Positions 9,312 through 22,188 of a stretch of DNA of 59,507 nucleotides are shown here, piece by piece. The translations under genes were made by a program, and so were the position numbers. Each line of letters begins with the position of its first letter. Positions within the stretch are counted from its first letter, which is position 1. Source of the stretch: Burkholderiales bacterium (lineage in GTDB: Bacteria; Pseudomonadota; Gammaproteobacteria; Burkholderiales; SG8-41); the NCBI GenBank assembly GCA_046597455.1, contig JBKJKJ010000400.1:1-59507 (forward strand), given 5' to 3'. The notes beneath the pieces were generated by a model. That model was not told the DNA's origin. It did no database searches and saw only the letters and a program-made list of their open reading frames with translations.

Positions 9312-9391
9312 TCATGCCCCGCGCTGTGTCGGGCGTCGGGCCACACCCGATGCGCGCAGCTCACTAAGCACTCGAGACTGAAAACGAAACT

Positions 9392-10675
9392 ATGGAAGAC
9401 ATTCCATTATCGACGCTGTTTGCGGCGCTCTTCGTTCTCCTGATCGCATCCGGATTTTTTTCCATTTCCGAAACCAGCATGATGGCGCTCAACCGGTACC
9501 GGCTGCGCCATCTGGTGCAGCACAAGCACCGCGGCGCGAAGCTGGCATCCGATCTGCTCGCCCGGACTGACAAATTTCTCGGCGTCGTACTGCTCGGAAA
9601 CAACGTGATCAACGCGGCGGCGGCGCTGCTCGTGGGCGAGATCACCCGCCGCTACCTCGGCGACAGCGAATTCGCCCTTGTGATCGCTACGGGCGCGGCG
9701 GCATTCGCGATACTCGTATTCAGCGAGATCACGCCGAAAGTGATCGGCGCGACCTATCCGGAGCGCATTGCGTTTGCCGCGAGCTATCTGCTCACCCCCC
9801 TGCTGAAGGTAACGCAGCCTTTCGTCTGGTTCGTCAATCTCTTCGTGCAGGGGCTGCTGCGCCTCATGCGTCTGAATCCGGCTCGCGACGCAGCCGAGCA
9901 AAAGCCGTCGGTGGAAGAGCTGCGAACGCTCGTGCTCGAAACCGGCTATCTGCCCAAGAAGCATCAAAGCATTCTGCTCAACCTCTTCGATCTGCAGGCG
10001 AGCACGGTGGACGACGTGATGGTGCCGCGCAATCAGATCGAGACGGTCGATATCGAAGCGCCGCTCGAGCAGATCGCGCAGCACGCCGGCACCGCGTACC
10101 ATCGCCGGCTCCTGGCGTATTCCGGTGAGCCCGACGAAATCACGGGTACGCTGCGCTCCCGGCACGTGCTGAACCTGGTGCAACAGGGTGTCCTCACGCG
10201 GGAGCGATTGAAAAAACTGGTGCGCGAACCCTATTTCGTGCCTTCGGGCACGCCGCTGTTCTCCCAGCTTCAGAACTTCCAGGAGCAGCAGGACCGCATC
10301 GCCCTCATCGTGGACGAGTACGGGGACTTGAAAGGCCTGGTCACGCTCGAAGACATACTGGAAGAGATCATCGGGGAATTCACGACCAACTCACCGCTGC
10401 GCAGTGGCAATTTTCACCCGCAGCCGGACGGAAGCTTTCTCGTAGAGGGCAGCACCCCGCTTCGCGACCTCAATCGCAAGCTCGGTTTCGGCTTTCCGCT
10501 CGACGGTCCGAAAACGGTGAACGGCCTCATACTCGAACATCTGCAGGAGATCCCCGAGCCGAGCACGAGCATGAAAATCGCGGATCATGCGATCGAGATC
10601 GTCCAGACCCAGGACCGCACGGTGAAAGCCGTGCGCATTTATCCCGCGCGGGGCGTACAAACGGCCGAAGAGTGA
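9392..10675 (+). CDS. CNNM/HlyC/CorC-family transporter (DUF21 + CBS pair + CorC_HlyC domain), YfjD-like
   Basis: 427 aa. It has an N-terminal 4-TM DUF21-like region, a CBS-like middle and a C-terminal ...GLVTLEDILEEIIGEF... motif. It follows ypjD as in enterics. Confidence 0.85.
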   Translation: MEDIPLSTLFAALFVLLIASGFFSISETSMMALNRYRLRHLVQHKHRGAKLASDLLARTDKFLGVVLLGNNVINAAAALLVGEITRRYLGDSEFALVIATGAAAFAILVFSEITPKVIGATYPERIAFAASYLLTPLLKVTQPFVWFVNLFVQGLLRLMRLNPARDAAEQKPSVEELRTLVLETGYLPKKHQSILLNLFDLQASTVDDVMVPRNQIETVDIEAPLEQIAQHAGTAYHRRLLAYSGEPDEITGTLRSRHVLNLVQQGVLTRERLKKLVREPYFVPSGTPLFSQLQNFQEQQDRIALIVDEYGDLKGLVTLEDILEEIIGEFTTNSPLRSGNFHPQPDGSFLVEGSTPLRDLNRKLGFGFPLDGPKTVNGLILEHLQEIPEPSTSMKIADHAIEIVQTQDRTVKAVRIYPARGVQTAEE

Positions 10676-10793
10676 CGCGCGAAAGTGAGTCGTGAACGTG
10701 GGCCCCGTCCTTTACAAAGCGGGGTGGCACGGGCATCATCTGTGGCTGGTTTCTCTAACCTATTGGTTAATCACGGCAATCAGGGGATTCACG

Positions 10794-12023
10794 ATGGCGA
10801 GCGCAACGGCTGCAACCCGCAAGCCGGAGATCAAGGATTTCAATTTCACCTGGGTCGGACAGGACCGCGGGGGCAAGACCGTGCGCGGAGAACTGCGCGC
10901 GACGGGCGAAGCGCAGGCCAACGCACTGCTGCGCCGCCAGGGCATCAAGGTCGCCGAGCTCAAGAGGCAAAGGCGGGGACGCGGCGGCAAGATCACCGAA
11001 AAAGACGTCACGCTGTTCACGCGCCAGCTCGCCACGATGCTCAAATCCGGCGTGCCCCTGCTGCAGGCGTTCGACATCGTCGCCAAAGGACACTCCAACC
11101 CGGCGATGGCCAAGCTCATCTATTCGATCCGCACCGACGTCGAGACCGGATCGAGTCTCAAACAGGCATTCGAAAGGCAACCGCTGTATTTCGAGCCGCT
11201 CTACGTGAACCTCATCGGCGCGGGCGAACAGGCCGGGATACTCGACAACGTGCTCGAGCGGCTCGCCCAGTACAAAGAGAAGATCATCGCGATCAAGGGC
11301 AAGATCAAAGCGGCGCTCTTCTATCCGCTGGCGATCGTCGTGGTGGCCTTCGTCATCACTGCGGTCATCATGCTTTTCGTCATCCCGGCGTTCAAGCAGG
11401 TGTTCTCCAGTTTCGGCGCCGATCTGCCGGCTTTGACGCTGGTCGTCATCGCCGTCTCCGACTTCTTCGTCCAGTGGTGGTGGGCCATCTTCGGCGCGAT
11501 AGGCTTCGGGGTGTGGTTCTTCTTCTACACCTGGAAGCGCTCCGAGAAAATGCAGCACGCGATGGACCGCATACTCTTGCGCGTACCGGTGTTCGGCGCG
11601 CTGGTGCGCAAGTCGTCCATCGCGCGCTGGACCCGAACGCTCTCGACGACTTTCGCGGCCGGCGTACCGCTGGTCGAGGCGCTCGATTCGGTCGCGGGCG
11701 CGGCCGGCAACTACGAGTATTACGTCGCGACCAAGCGTGTCCAGGGTGAAGTGGCTACGGGCTCGAGCCTGAACAGCGCCATGCAGGGCACCGACGTATT
11801 TCCCAACATGGTGATCCAGATGGTCGCGATCGGCGAGGAAGCGGGCTCGCTCGACGGCATGCTCTCCAAAGTCGCGGATTACTACGAGCAGGAAGTCGAC
11901 GACGCCGTGGCGGCGTTGTCGAGCCTGATGGAGCCGATCATCATGGTGGTTCTGGGCGTGCTGATCGGCGGTCTCGTCATTGCCATGTATCTTCCCATCT
12001 TCAAGCTCGGCGCGGTCGTCTGA
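10794..12023 (+). CDS. pilC: Type IV pilus assembly platform protein PilC (GspF family)
   Basis: Internal ATG of track ORF 10692..12023 gives 409 aa. It has duplicated GspF-like halves (...FTRQLATMLKSGVPLLQAF... and ...WTRTLSTTFAAGVPLVEAL...) and ends PIFKLGAVV. Confidence 0.85.
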   Translation: MASATAATRKPEIKDFNFTWVGQDRGGKTVRGELRATGEAQANALLRRQGIKVAELKRQRRGRGGKITEKDVTLFTRQLATMLKSGVPLLQAFDIVAKGHSNPAMAKLIYSIRTDVETGSSLKQAFERQPLYFEPLYVNLIGAGEQAGILDNVLERLAQYKEKIIAIKGKIKAALFYPLAIVVVAFVITAVIMLFVIPAFKQVFSSFGADLPALTLVVIAVSDFFVQWWWAIFGAIGFGVWFFFYTWKRSEKMQHAMDRILLRVPVFGALVRKSSIARWTRTLSTTFAAGVPLVEALDSVAGAAGNYEYYVATKRVQGEVATGSSLNSAMQGTDVFPNMVIQMVAIGEEAGSLDGMLSKVADYYEQEVDDAVAALSSLMEPIIMVVLGVLIGGLVIAMYLPIFKLGAVV

Positions 12024-12081
12024 TGTGCAAGCCCCGCGCGGCGCCTGCGTCAGCGGGCGCGTCAGGGGCTGCACGCGCTTG

Positions 12082-12942
12082 ATGTCCGCGGTCGCCCTGC
12101 TCCAGAGCTCTCCTGCAGTTCTGATAACGACCTGTGTGCTGCTCGGGCTGTGTACCGGCAGCTTTCTGAACGTCGTCATCCACCGCATGCCTCGCATGAT
12201 GGAAAGGCGCTGGCGGGCGGAATGCGCGGAGTTGAACGGTCAGGAAGCGCCGACCGCCGAGCGCTACGACCTCGTCGCGCCGCGATCGAGCTGTCCTGCC
12301 TGCGGTCATCGCATCACCGCGGCAGAGAACATCCCGCTACTGAGCTACCTCGCGTTGCGCGGGAAATGCTCCGCCTGCGGCGTCGCGATATCGCCGCGGT
12401 ATCCCATGGTCGAAGCGCTCACGGGGTTGCTTTCCGGCTACGCGGCGTGGCAACTGGGATTCACGTTCGCCACGGCGGGCGCGCTCGTTTTCATCTGGGC
12501 CATGATCGCGCTGGCGTTCATCGACCTCGACACGTTTTATCTGCCTGATGACATCACGCTCCCGCTGCTGTGGGCCGGGTTGCTTTTCAATTTGTCCGGC
12601 GGGTTCACCGATCTCGCATCAGCCGTGACCGCCACCGTCGCGGGCTATCTGACGCTGTGGCTCGTCTACTGGGCTTTCAAGCTGGCGACGGGCAAGGAAG
12701 GGATGGGGTACGGCGACTTCAAGCTGCTCGCTGCGATCGGCGCGTGGCTGGGATGGAAGGTGCTTCCCCTCGTCGTGGTGCTCTCATCGTTCGTCGGTGC
12801 CGTGGTCGGCGTGCTGCTCATCGTCATCGCACGGCGGGGGCGCAACGTGCCGATTCCGTTCGGCCCGTATCTCGCCGTCGCAGGCATCATCGCGCTCTTC
12901 CATGGTGAAGCGCTGACCCGCCGCTACCTCGATCTGTTCTGA
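12082..12942 (+). CDS. pilD: Prepilin peptidase / N-methyltransferase (A24 family)
   Basis: Internal ATG of track ORF 11980..12942. It carries CxxC...CxxC (SSCPACGHRI...GKCSACG), GMGYGDFKL and PFGPYL motifs. Confidence 0.9.
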   Translation: MSAVALLQSSPAVLITTCVLLGLCTGSFLNVVIHRMPRMMERRWRAECAELNGQEAPTAERYDLVAPRSSCPACGHRITAAENIPLLSYLALRGKCSACGVAISPRYPMVEALTGLLSGYAAWQLGFTFATAGALVFIWAMIALAFIDLDTFYLPDDITLPLLWAGLLFNLSGGFTDLASAVTATVAGYLTLWLVYWAFKLATGKEGMGYGDFKLLAAIGAWLGWKVLPLVVVLSSFVGAVVGVLLIVIARRGRNVPIPFGPYLAVAGIIALFHGEALTRRYLDLF

Positions 12943-13238
12943 GGTCGTTCTGCGTCGGCTTCACCGCAGGCGCAGGCTGCGGAAACATTCCGGGCCCTCT
13001 GACACACGCACCTGTTCGCCGCGCCCGGCGCGGGGGTCGTCGGCACCGCTGCGATATCACTCGAGCTTAAGGCTCTGCGTAATGACACCGACATAAATAC
13101 GCTGTGCGTCCGAGTCGAGCGCCAGCATGCGACAACCCCGGATTAAGCGCGGGCTCTCCCCTGATATACCCCGAACAAAGCTTTATTTTTGCCCACTTTT
13201 GGTGAATACTTGCCGCAATTCAACCGCCGGGGCCGTGC

Positions 13239-13994
13239 GTGATCAGTTATGAGTATCCGCTGAGTGAGCGCATCCGGACGCTGTTGCGCCTGGAGGACCT
13301 GTACGAGCGGCTCGATTACTTCCTCGGCAAGAACGATGCGCTGGAGCATCACGTTTCCCTGCTGCTGATTTTCGAAATTTTCGAAGTGGCGAGCCGCGCC
13401 GACCTCAAATCGGATCTTTTGCAGGAGCTCGAGCGGCAGAAACAGTCGCTCGACGCGTTACGGGGCAACCCCGAGATTTCCGAGCAGGCGCTGGAGAACG
13501 TAATCCAGCAGATCGACCAGTCCGCATCCCGGCTATACCAGGCATCGGGGAAAATCGGCCAGGAGCTGCGGGAAAACGAGTGGCTCATGAGCATCAAGCA
13601 GCGCACCAATATCCCGGGCGGGATCTGCGAGTTCGATTTGCCCTCGTACCATTACTGGCTGCACCAGAAACCCGAGCAGCAGCGCCAGGATCTGGAGCAG
13701 TGGCTGGCGCCGTTTCTGCCGGTACGGGATGCGGTCGACATCGTGCTGCGCCTCCTGCGCGCGAGCGGCAAGAGCAGCGTGCAGATCGCACAGCAGGGCA
13801 TGTACCAGCAGATGATGACCGGGCGCGTCGCCCAGATGGTGCGGGTGCGCCTTGCCCGCACTTACCCCTGCGTGCCCGAAATCAGCGCGAACAAATACGC
13901 GCTCAATATACGGTTCATGACCCAGGAAGGCATGCAGCGGCCCAAGGCCGCCGAAACTGATGTCGAATTCGAGCTCACGTTCTGCAACCTCTAG
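13239..13994 (+). CDS. zapD: Cell division protein ZapD
   Basis: 251 aa with a GTG start. The [19 protein letters not shown]... N-terminus is typical of ZapD/YacF, and yacG follows. Confidence 0.85.
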   Translation: MISYEYPLSERIRTLLRLEDLYERLDYFLGKNDALEHHVSLLLIFEIFEVASRADLKSDLLQELERQKQSLDALRGNPEISEQALENVIQQIDQSASRLYQASGKIGQELRENEWLMSIKQRTNIPGGICEFDLPSYHYWLHQKPEQQRQDLEQWLAPFLPVRDAVDIVLRLLRASGKSSVQIAQQGMYQQMMTGRVAQMVRVRLARTYPCVPEISANKYALNIRFMTQEGMQRPKAAETDVEFELTFCNL

Positions 13995-14202
13995 CTCGCC
14001 CAAGGCGAAAGTCGTCGCCTGCCCACAGTGTGGTGCGAGTGTCGTCTGGGAACCGGCAAACCGCTTCCGACCGTTCTGCTCCGAGCGCTGCAAGATGATC
14101 GATCTCGGCGCGTGGGCGACCGAGTCGTACAGGATTCCGGTCGAAGAAGAGAACGACTCGCTGGACGAAGACCCTGCCGGCGACGGCGTCCCCCGCAACT
14201 GA
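13960..14202 (+). CDS. yacG: DNA gyrase inhibitor YacG (zinc finger)
   Basis: [32 protein letters not shown]. The only ATG gives a 35-nt overlap with zapD, so the start is uncertain. Confidence 0.8.
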   Translation: MSNSSSRSATSSSPKAKVVACPQCGASVVWEPANRFRPFCSERCKMIDLGAWATESYRIPVEEENDSLDEDPAGDGVPRN

Positions 14203-14220
14203 GTACGCAGTGGCGTAGCC

Positions 14221-14289
14221 GGCGCGCTTGAGCGCGCCCGTTGTGTCGATAGCTGTCGCGACGTACGCGCGGCGGCTTCGGGCGCCGCG
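14221..14289. terminator. Two GC-rich hairpins between convergent yacG and the Nudix gene (no U-tracts)
   Basis: GGCGCGCttgaGCGCGCC (14221..14238) and CGCGGCGgcttcgggCGCCGCG (14268..14289). Confidence 0.35.
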
Positions 14290-14295
14290 TCGAGG

Positions 14296-15234
14296 TCATT
14301 CCCCCCACGCACCCCGGATGGCGGCAATGCCGTGGGCGCCCGCGTTCCATGCGGTCTGCAAGTCGCCGCGTTGCAGGCCGCCTATGGCGTACACGGGCAG
14401 CGGGTAGCCGTTGGCAAGCGCACTGAAGCGCTCCCAGCCGAGCACTACCGCGCCGGGATGACTCGCGGTATCCGCAACCGGTCCCAGCACGACAAAATCC
14501 AGTCCCAGCCCGGCTGCCCGGGCGAGCTCACCCTCGTCATGACACGACGCCCCGACCAGCTCGAATTCCGGACGAGCCTGGAGTGCCATCAGGCTCGAGG
14601 CGCTTAGGTGCAAACCCGGGACACCCGCTCGCGCCGCGAGTCCCGCGTCGCCGTTGAGGAGAACTGTCGCCCCGTGAGCGCGCGCGAGAACCATGGCCCG
14701 CCCTGCGAGCGCCGACAGCGCATCTGCCGGCAGCGTTTTTTCCCGAATCTGTATGAGGCGTAACCCGCGCGCCAGCGCAAGCTGGAGGCGCTGGAGGAAT
14801 ACCTCGATTCCGACCTGCGCGGCATTGCTGATCCCATACATCGTGGGCATCGCGAGTGCGCGCAGGATGGGGCCGTTGGCCGGCAACAGCGGCGCCACGT
14901 TCAGCGCCTCGTTACGCTGCCAGGCAAACTGCTGGTTCTCCTTGCCGTGCAGGTCTCCCGACCACTGCGTCACCCGATAGAACCGCAGGCTCACCGCAGC
15001 GTGCGCGTAATCGTAGTCGCGCGTGATCCACGGGTACGCTCGCTCAACGTCGATGCCGAGCTCTTCGTGAAGCTCGCGCGCGAGCGCTTGCGGGGCCGAT
15101 TCACCGGCTTCGACTTTACCGCCGGGGAATTCCCAGTAACCTGCGTAGACTTTGCCCAAGGGGCGCTGGGCGAGAAGAAAACTGCCGTCGGGGCGCTGCA
15201 GAACGGCTGCGACAACCTCGATGCGCCTGCGCAT
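14296..15234 (-). CDS. Nudix hydrolase (MutT-like) fused to a thiamine-phosphate-synthase-like (TMP-TENI) domain
   Basis: 312 aa. The N-terminal Nudix box is GYWEFPGGKVEAGESAPQALARELHEELGI. The C-terminal half is a ThiE-like barrel (...IQIREK...ASCHD...VVLGPV...). This is a common betaproteobacterial fusion. Confidence 0.8.
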   Translation of the reverse strand: MRRRIEVVAAVLQRPDGSFLLAQRPLGKVYAGYWEFPGGKVEAGESAPQALARELHEELGIDVERAYPWITRDYDYAHAAVSLRFYRVTQWSGDLHGKENQQFAWQRNEALNVAPLLPANGPILRALAMPTMYGISNAAQVGIEVFLQRLQLALARGLRLIQIREKTLPADALSALAGRAMVLARAHGATVLLNGDAGLAARAGVPGLHLSASSLMALQARPEFELVGASCHDEGELARAAGLGLDFVVLGPVADTASHPGAVVLGWERFSALANGYPLPVYAIGGLQRGDLQTAWNAGAHGIAAIRGAWGE

Positions 15235-15304
15235 CTGCGACTCGGAGACGCCGGATGTCAGCCGTCAGATGGCAGAGGCGAACCAGCGGTGCCGGTGAGC
15301 TCTG

Positions 15305-16231
15305 TCATTTTCGGGCTGATTTGCGCGCTGACTTGCGAGCGCCGGCGTCTGCGTTCTGGAGCATCTGCTGCTTCCCGGCCCAATCGCGGGCAAACTGCCA
15401 GGCGACGCGCCCGCTGCGCGAGCCGCGGGACAGCGACCATTGCAAAGCGGCTTTGTGCGCGGCTTCGGTGCCTGCGCCCTCGACGCCGAAGTGCGCAATC
15501 CAGACGTCTACGATTTTCAGGTATTCGCCCTGATCGAACGGATAGAACGACGCCCACAGCCCGAAGCGCTCGGAGAGCGAAATCTTCTCCTCCGAAGTCT
15601 CGCCCGGGTGGATCTCCTCTCCGACGTGCCGGTACTCGAGATTTTCCTGCATGTACTCGGGCATGAGATGCCGGCGGTTGGATGTGGCGTAAATCAGGCA
15701 ATTATCGGACGCCGCCGCAATCGAGCCATCGAGCACCACCTTGAGCGCCTTGTAACCGGGCTCATCGGCTTCGAACGAGAGGTCGTCGCAGTACAGAATG
15801 AATCGCTCGGCACGATCGGCGATGAGATCGACGATGTCCGGCAGGTCGACGAGGTCCTGCTTCTCCACTTCGATGAGTCGCAGGCCGCGCCGCGCGTATT
15901 TGTTGAGCAGCGCCTTGATCAAAGAGGACTTGCCCGTGCCCCGGGCGCCGGTCAGGAGCACGTTGTTCGCGGGATAGCCTTCGACGAACTGCCGCGTGTT
16001 CTGCTCGACCAGCCGTTTCTGCACGTCGATACCGAAAAGCTCGCGCAGCTCGATGCGATGGACATGCGCGACAGCCTCGATTCCGGAGCGGTTTGCCTTT
16101 CTGCGCCAGCGAAACGCAATGGAGGCTTTCCAGTCGGTCGGGCCCATCCGGGCCGGCAATACCTGCTCCAGCCGCTCGAGCAGCGACTCGGCGCGCGCGA
16201 TCAGTTTGCTCGTTTCGTCTTTTTCTTTCAT
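15305..16231 (-). CDS. DUF815-family AAA-type ATPase
   Basis: Internal ATG of track ORF 15305..16393, placed after the argJ stop. The product begins MKEKDETSKLIARAESLLERLEQVLP and carries a Walker A motif, LLTGARGTGKSSLIKA. Confidence 0.75.
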   Translation of the reverse strand: MKEKDETSKLIARAESLLERLEQVLPARMGPTDWKASIAFRWRRKANRSGIEAVAHVHRIELRELFGIDVQKRLVEQNTRQFVEGYPANNVLLTGARGTGKSSLIKALLNKYARRGLRLIEVEKQDLVDLPDIVDLIADRAERFILYCDDLSFEADEPGYKALKVVLDGSIAAASDNCLIYATSNRRHLMPEYMQENLEYRHVGEEIHPGETSEEKISLSERFGLWASFYPFDQGEYLKIVDVWIAHFGVEGAGTEAAHKAALQWSLSRGSRSGRVAWQFARDWAGKQQMLQNADAGARKSARKSARK

Positions 16232-16298
16232 GTGGTCACTCAGGGGCGCTTGCGGCTCGCGCACGACCCGCCGATACGCGCGCCGCAGGCAAGGGTCG

Positions 16299-17540
16299 CT
16301 AGCTGCGGTAATCCGCGTTGATGCTGACGTAGTCGTGCGACAGGTCGCACGTCCACACGTTCGCACTCGCCGAGCCGCGGCCGAGCACGACACGCACGGT
16401 GATTTCGCTCTGTTTCATCACGCGCTGCCCGTCCGCCTCCTGGTAGGCCTCGTATCGCGCGCCGCCTTTGGCGACCAGCACGTCATCGAGATAGAGGTCG
16501 ACTTTGGCGACGTCGAGGTCGGCGATTCCGGCGTAGCCGACAGCCGCGAGGATACGGCCGAGATTGGGATCGGACGCGAAAAAAGCGGTCTTCACCAGGG
16601 GCGAGTGGGCAACGGCGTACGCGACCTGGCGGCATTCGACCTCGTCGCGCCCGGCCTCGACCTGCACGGTGATGAACTTCGTCGCACCTTCGCCGTCACG
16701 CACGATCGCGTGCGCGAGACGCAACGCGATGTCGCTGAGCGCATCACGGAATGCGCGGTACTCGTCGCTTTCAGCGTCTCTGATCTCCGGCATGTCCATG
16801 CGGCCGGTGGCGATCACGACGAACGAATCGTTGGTCGAGGTATCGCCGTCGATGGTAATGCAGTTGAACGACCGGTCTGCAGCGTGGGTCACGGCCGCCT
16901 GCAGCAGCGCCGCGCTCACCCGGGCATCGGTGGCGACATACCCGAGCATCGTCGCCATGTTGGGCCGGATCATGCCGGCACCTTTGGATATGCCGGTGAT
17001 GGTGATCTGCGCGGCGCCGACCTGGAACCGCCCCGAAGCGGCTTTCGCCACGGTATCGGTCGTCATGATCGCTTCCGCCGCGCCCGCCCAGTCGTCGGGC
17101 TTCAGGTTATCGAGGCACCGCGGCAGCCCTGCGACGATGCGATCGACCGGCAGCGGCTCCATGATGACGCCGGTCGAGAATGGAAGCACCTCTTCGGGCG
17201 TGCAGTCGAGCAGCCTGGCTGCCGCTTCGCACGTCGCGCGAGCGGCCGCGATGCCCGCGGCTCCGGTGCCGGCGTTCGCGTTACCGGTATTGACGACGAG
17301 CGCTCTCACCGAGCGCCCTTTGCCGGCCAGCGCTGCAAGGTGCTCACGGCCGACGATCACGGGTGCGGCGCAAAAACGGTTACGCGTGAAAACCGCGGCG
17401 ACCCGTGCGCCCGGCGCCAGTGCGATGAGCAGCAAATCCTTGCGGTTCGCCTTGCGGATCGCGGCCTCGGCGATTCCCAGCTCGACGCCTGCGATCCGAT
17501 GCAGGGTCTGCGGATCCGGTGCGATCAGATTGACGGGCAT
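16299..17540 (-). CDS. argJ: Bifunctional glutamate N-acetyltransferase / amino-acid acetyltransferase
   Basis: 413 aa, with ...[11 protein letters not shown]..., the [11 protein letters not shown] autoprocessing site, and an ending of INADYRS. Confidence 0.95.
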   Translation of the reverse strand: MPVNLIAPDPQTLHRIAGVELGIAEAAIRKANRKDLLLIALAPGARVAAVFTRNRFCAAPVIVGREHLAALAGKGRSVRALVVNTGNANAGTGAAGIAAARATCEAAARLLDCTPEEVLPFSTGVIMEPLPVDRIVAGLPRCLDNLKPDDWAGAAEAIMTTDTVAKAASGRFQVGAAQITITGISKGAGMIRPNMATMLGYVATDARVSAALLQAAVTHAADRSFNCITIDGDTSTNDSFVVIATGRMDMPEIRDAESDEYRAFRDALSDIALRLAHAIVRDGEGATKFITVQVEAGRDEVECRQVAYAVAHSPLVKTAFFASDPNLGRILAAVGYAGIADLDVAKVDLYLDDVLVAKGGARYEAYQEADGQRVMKQSEITVRVVLGRGSASANVWTCDLSHDYVSINADYRS

Positions 17541-17658
17541 CTCGTCAGCCCTCGGCGGCCCCTCACCGAAGACGGGCGTATCACGTTTTCGACAGACACC
17601 GCCATGGCCGCATCTTCGCCCACGGGTGACCTACCGTCGGCTCGGCGATCGCGCGTCA

Positions 17659-20496
<2,838 letters not shown>

Positions 20497-20530
20497 GGCT
20501 AGGCTGGAACCCGCGTGAAAACAGGTTCAT

Positions 20531-20558
20531 AAAAAAAGGGCGGGGAAACACCCCACCC
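20531..20558 (-). terminator. Rho-independent terminator after the M23 peptidase gene
   Basis: The minus strand reads GGGTGGGGtgtttCCCCGCCC followed by TTTTTTT, 28 nt after the stop at 20586. Confidence 0.7.
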
Positions 20559-20585
20559 TATGTTCGTTGAGCTGTCCAGGCTTGG

Positions 20586-21500
20586 TCAGGGCGACCGCAG
20601 AAACAGCTTGGGATTCTGCGGTACACCGCGTTGCCGGACCTCGAAATGCAGATGTGTTCCCGTCGAGCGCCCCGTTCTGCCGACTTCGGCGATCTTGGCG
20701 CCACTCAAAACTACGTCTCCCGCCTTGACCAGCCGCTTCGAAGCGTGCGCGTAACGCGACACCAGCTCGTTGCCGTGGTCTATCTCGACCATATTACCAT
20801 ATTGCGGATGCAAGTCGGAGTAGACCACGACCCCGCCGGCCGCGGCATGGATCACCGTCCCCAGGTCGGCCATGAAGTCGATGCCTTCGTGGAAAGCGCG
20901 CTGCCCGGTGAACGGGTCGATGCGCCAGCCGTAGTCCGACGAATGCCATGCCGCCTGCAACGGCAGCATGGTCGGAACGAGCTTTTTGCGGGCGCTGTCC
21001 AGGGTGTAGAGGGATTCGAGCACGCCGAGCTTGTCGCCGCGGTCCTCTACCTGGCGGGTCAGCGCATTGAGTTGCCCGGTCAGGTCGCCGAACGAGAGGT
21101 CCTGGCTCGGCAGCGACGAGACCGCCCCGCCCTGCCCGGGCGCCTGACCGAACATCAGGTCCTGGGGCCGGAAACCCGCCAGTTTCGCAAGGCGTTCGCC
21201 CAGATGGTCGAGGCGCAAAAGTTGCGCCTGCATCTGCCCGAGCCGCACCGCCATCGCGTTCAGGTTATCGCGCTGATAGGATTCGTCCGTCGCCGAGCGT
21301 TCCGCCTGCCCCGAGCCCAGCACGCGGTGCAGATAAGGCAGCTTCGAGTCTGCGGCATAGCGTAGCAGCGCGAAATTGACGGTACTGGTCAGCGCGACGA
21401 TCGTTCCCAGCGCAGCCAGAGCCAGAATGGCGCCCTGCGGCAGGCTGATCGAGATCGTTCTGGCTTTGGCGAGTTTCCGGGAGACTAAAATGATGTCCAT
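20586..21500 (-). CDS. M23-family peptidoglycan metalloendopeptidase
   Basis: 304 aa with an N-terminal TM anchor, a coiled-coil middle, and C-terminal HEGIDF...HASKRLVKAGD...GRTGRSTGTHLHFEV LytM motifs. Confidence 0.85.
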   Translation of the reverse strand: MDIILVSRKLAKARTISISLPQGAILALAALGTIVALTSTVNFALLRYAADSKLPYLHRVLGSGQAERSATDESYQRDNLNAMAVRLGQMQAQLLRLDHLGERLAKLAGFRPQDLMFGQAPGQGGAVSSLPSQDLSFGDLTGQLNALTRQVEDRGDKLGVLESLYTLDSARKKLVPTMLPLQAAWHSSDYGWRIDPFTGQRAFHEGIDFMADLGTVIHAAAGGVVVYSDLHPQYGNMVEIDHGNELVSRYAHASKRLVKAGDVVLSGAKIAEVGRTGRSTGTHLHFEVRQRGVPQNPKLFLRSP

Positions 21501-21533
21501 TGGCTCGCTTCCCTGGTTACAGTCCGGATTCCC

Positions 21534-22127
21534 ATGCCGCTATACAACCTGCTCGATTTGCTCGGCACTACGGAAGAGCTGAAAGCCCTGCAGGCGCGGG
21601 TGCGCCGGCTCCGGGACCTGCAAATGCTGTATTTCAGATCCGCCCCCCGGGAACTCGCTGGCTCGAGCCGGGTGAAAAGCTATCGGGCGGGAACGCTCGT
21701 TGTAAGTGCTGACAGCGCGGCGGTTGCGGCAAAGCTGAAGCAACTGGCACCGCGCCTATTGACTTCGATACGACAGACCGAAGCGGAGATTACTAAAGTA
21801 CGTATCGAGGTGCAAGTCGGCGGACGCGCCGCGGAGCGCGTCTACAAGGTCAAAAAAACGGCCCTGACGACCGAAACCATCCGGAAATTCGACGAGCTCG
21901 CGGCTCGGGTCGCGGACGGCGGCCTGAAGTCGGCGCTCGCCCGCCTGGCGCGCCACCAGCGCGGCCGTCGCGCGCGACTAGATCAGGACCAGGCGCTCGA
22001 TCACATACAAGACCATCACGATGATCACCACCACGAACGCGAACTGAAAAGTGCGCCATCCCCAGGTGAGGTAGCGCCGGTTGCGGGTGTAGAGAAAAAG
22101 CCCGAACGAAACGACGATCGAGAGTAA
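21534..22127 (+). CDS. DUF721 / DciA-like protein
   Basis: The N-terminal 150 aa (…SRVKSYRAGTLVVSADSAAVAAKLKQLAPRLLTSI…) resemble DUF721, and the lpxC-secA neighbourhood is conserved. The last 50 codons have poor GC3 and overlap a convergent small gene. Confidence 0.55.
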   Translation: MPLYNLLDLLGTTEELKALQARVRRLRDLQMLYFRSAPRELAGSSRVKSYRAGTLVVSADSAAVAAKLKQLAPRLLTSIRQTEAEITKVRIEVQVGGRAAERVYKVKKTALTTETIRKFDELAARVADGGLKSALARLARHQRGRRARLDQDQALDHIQDHHDDHHHERELKSAPSPGEVAPVAGVEKKPERNDDRE

Positions 22128-22160
22128 CGAGAGGACGGCGATCAGGCGCAGCACGACCAC
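21978..22160 (-). CDS. Small (60 aa) two-TM membrane protein, unknown function
   Basis: MVVLRLIAVLSLLSIVVSFGLFLYTRNRRYLTWGWRTFQFAFVVVIIVMVLYVIERLVLI. It has two clean hydrophobic helices joined by a basic loop, and strong G/C preference at third codon positions. Confidence 0.5.
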   Translation of the reverse strand: MVVLRLIAVLSLLSIVVSFGLFLYTRNRRYLTWGWRTFQFAFVVVIIVMVLYVIERLVLI

Positions 22161-22188
22161 GGTCAGACACTGCCCTTAAAGCGGGGCG

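Noticed and set aside
12943-13238. Decayed coaE pseudogene between pilD and zapD
   Set aside because: I translated the three plus frames by eye and found no P-loop (GxxGxGKS/T) or other CoaE-like stretch. The region is too short and featureless to call a pseudogene without a BLASTX.
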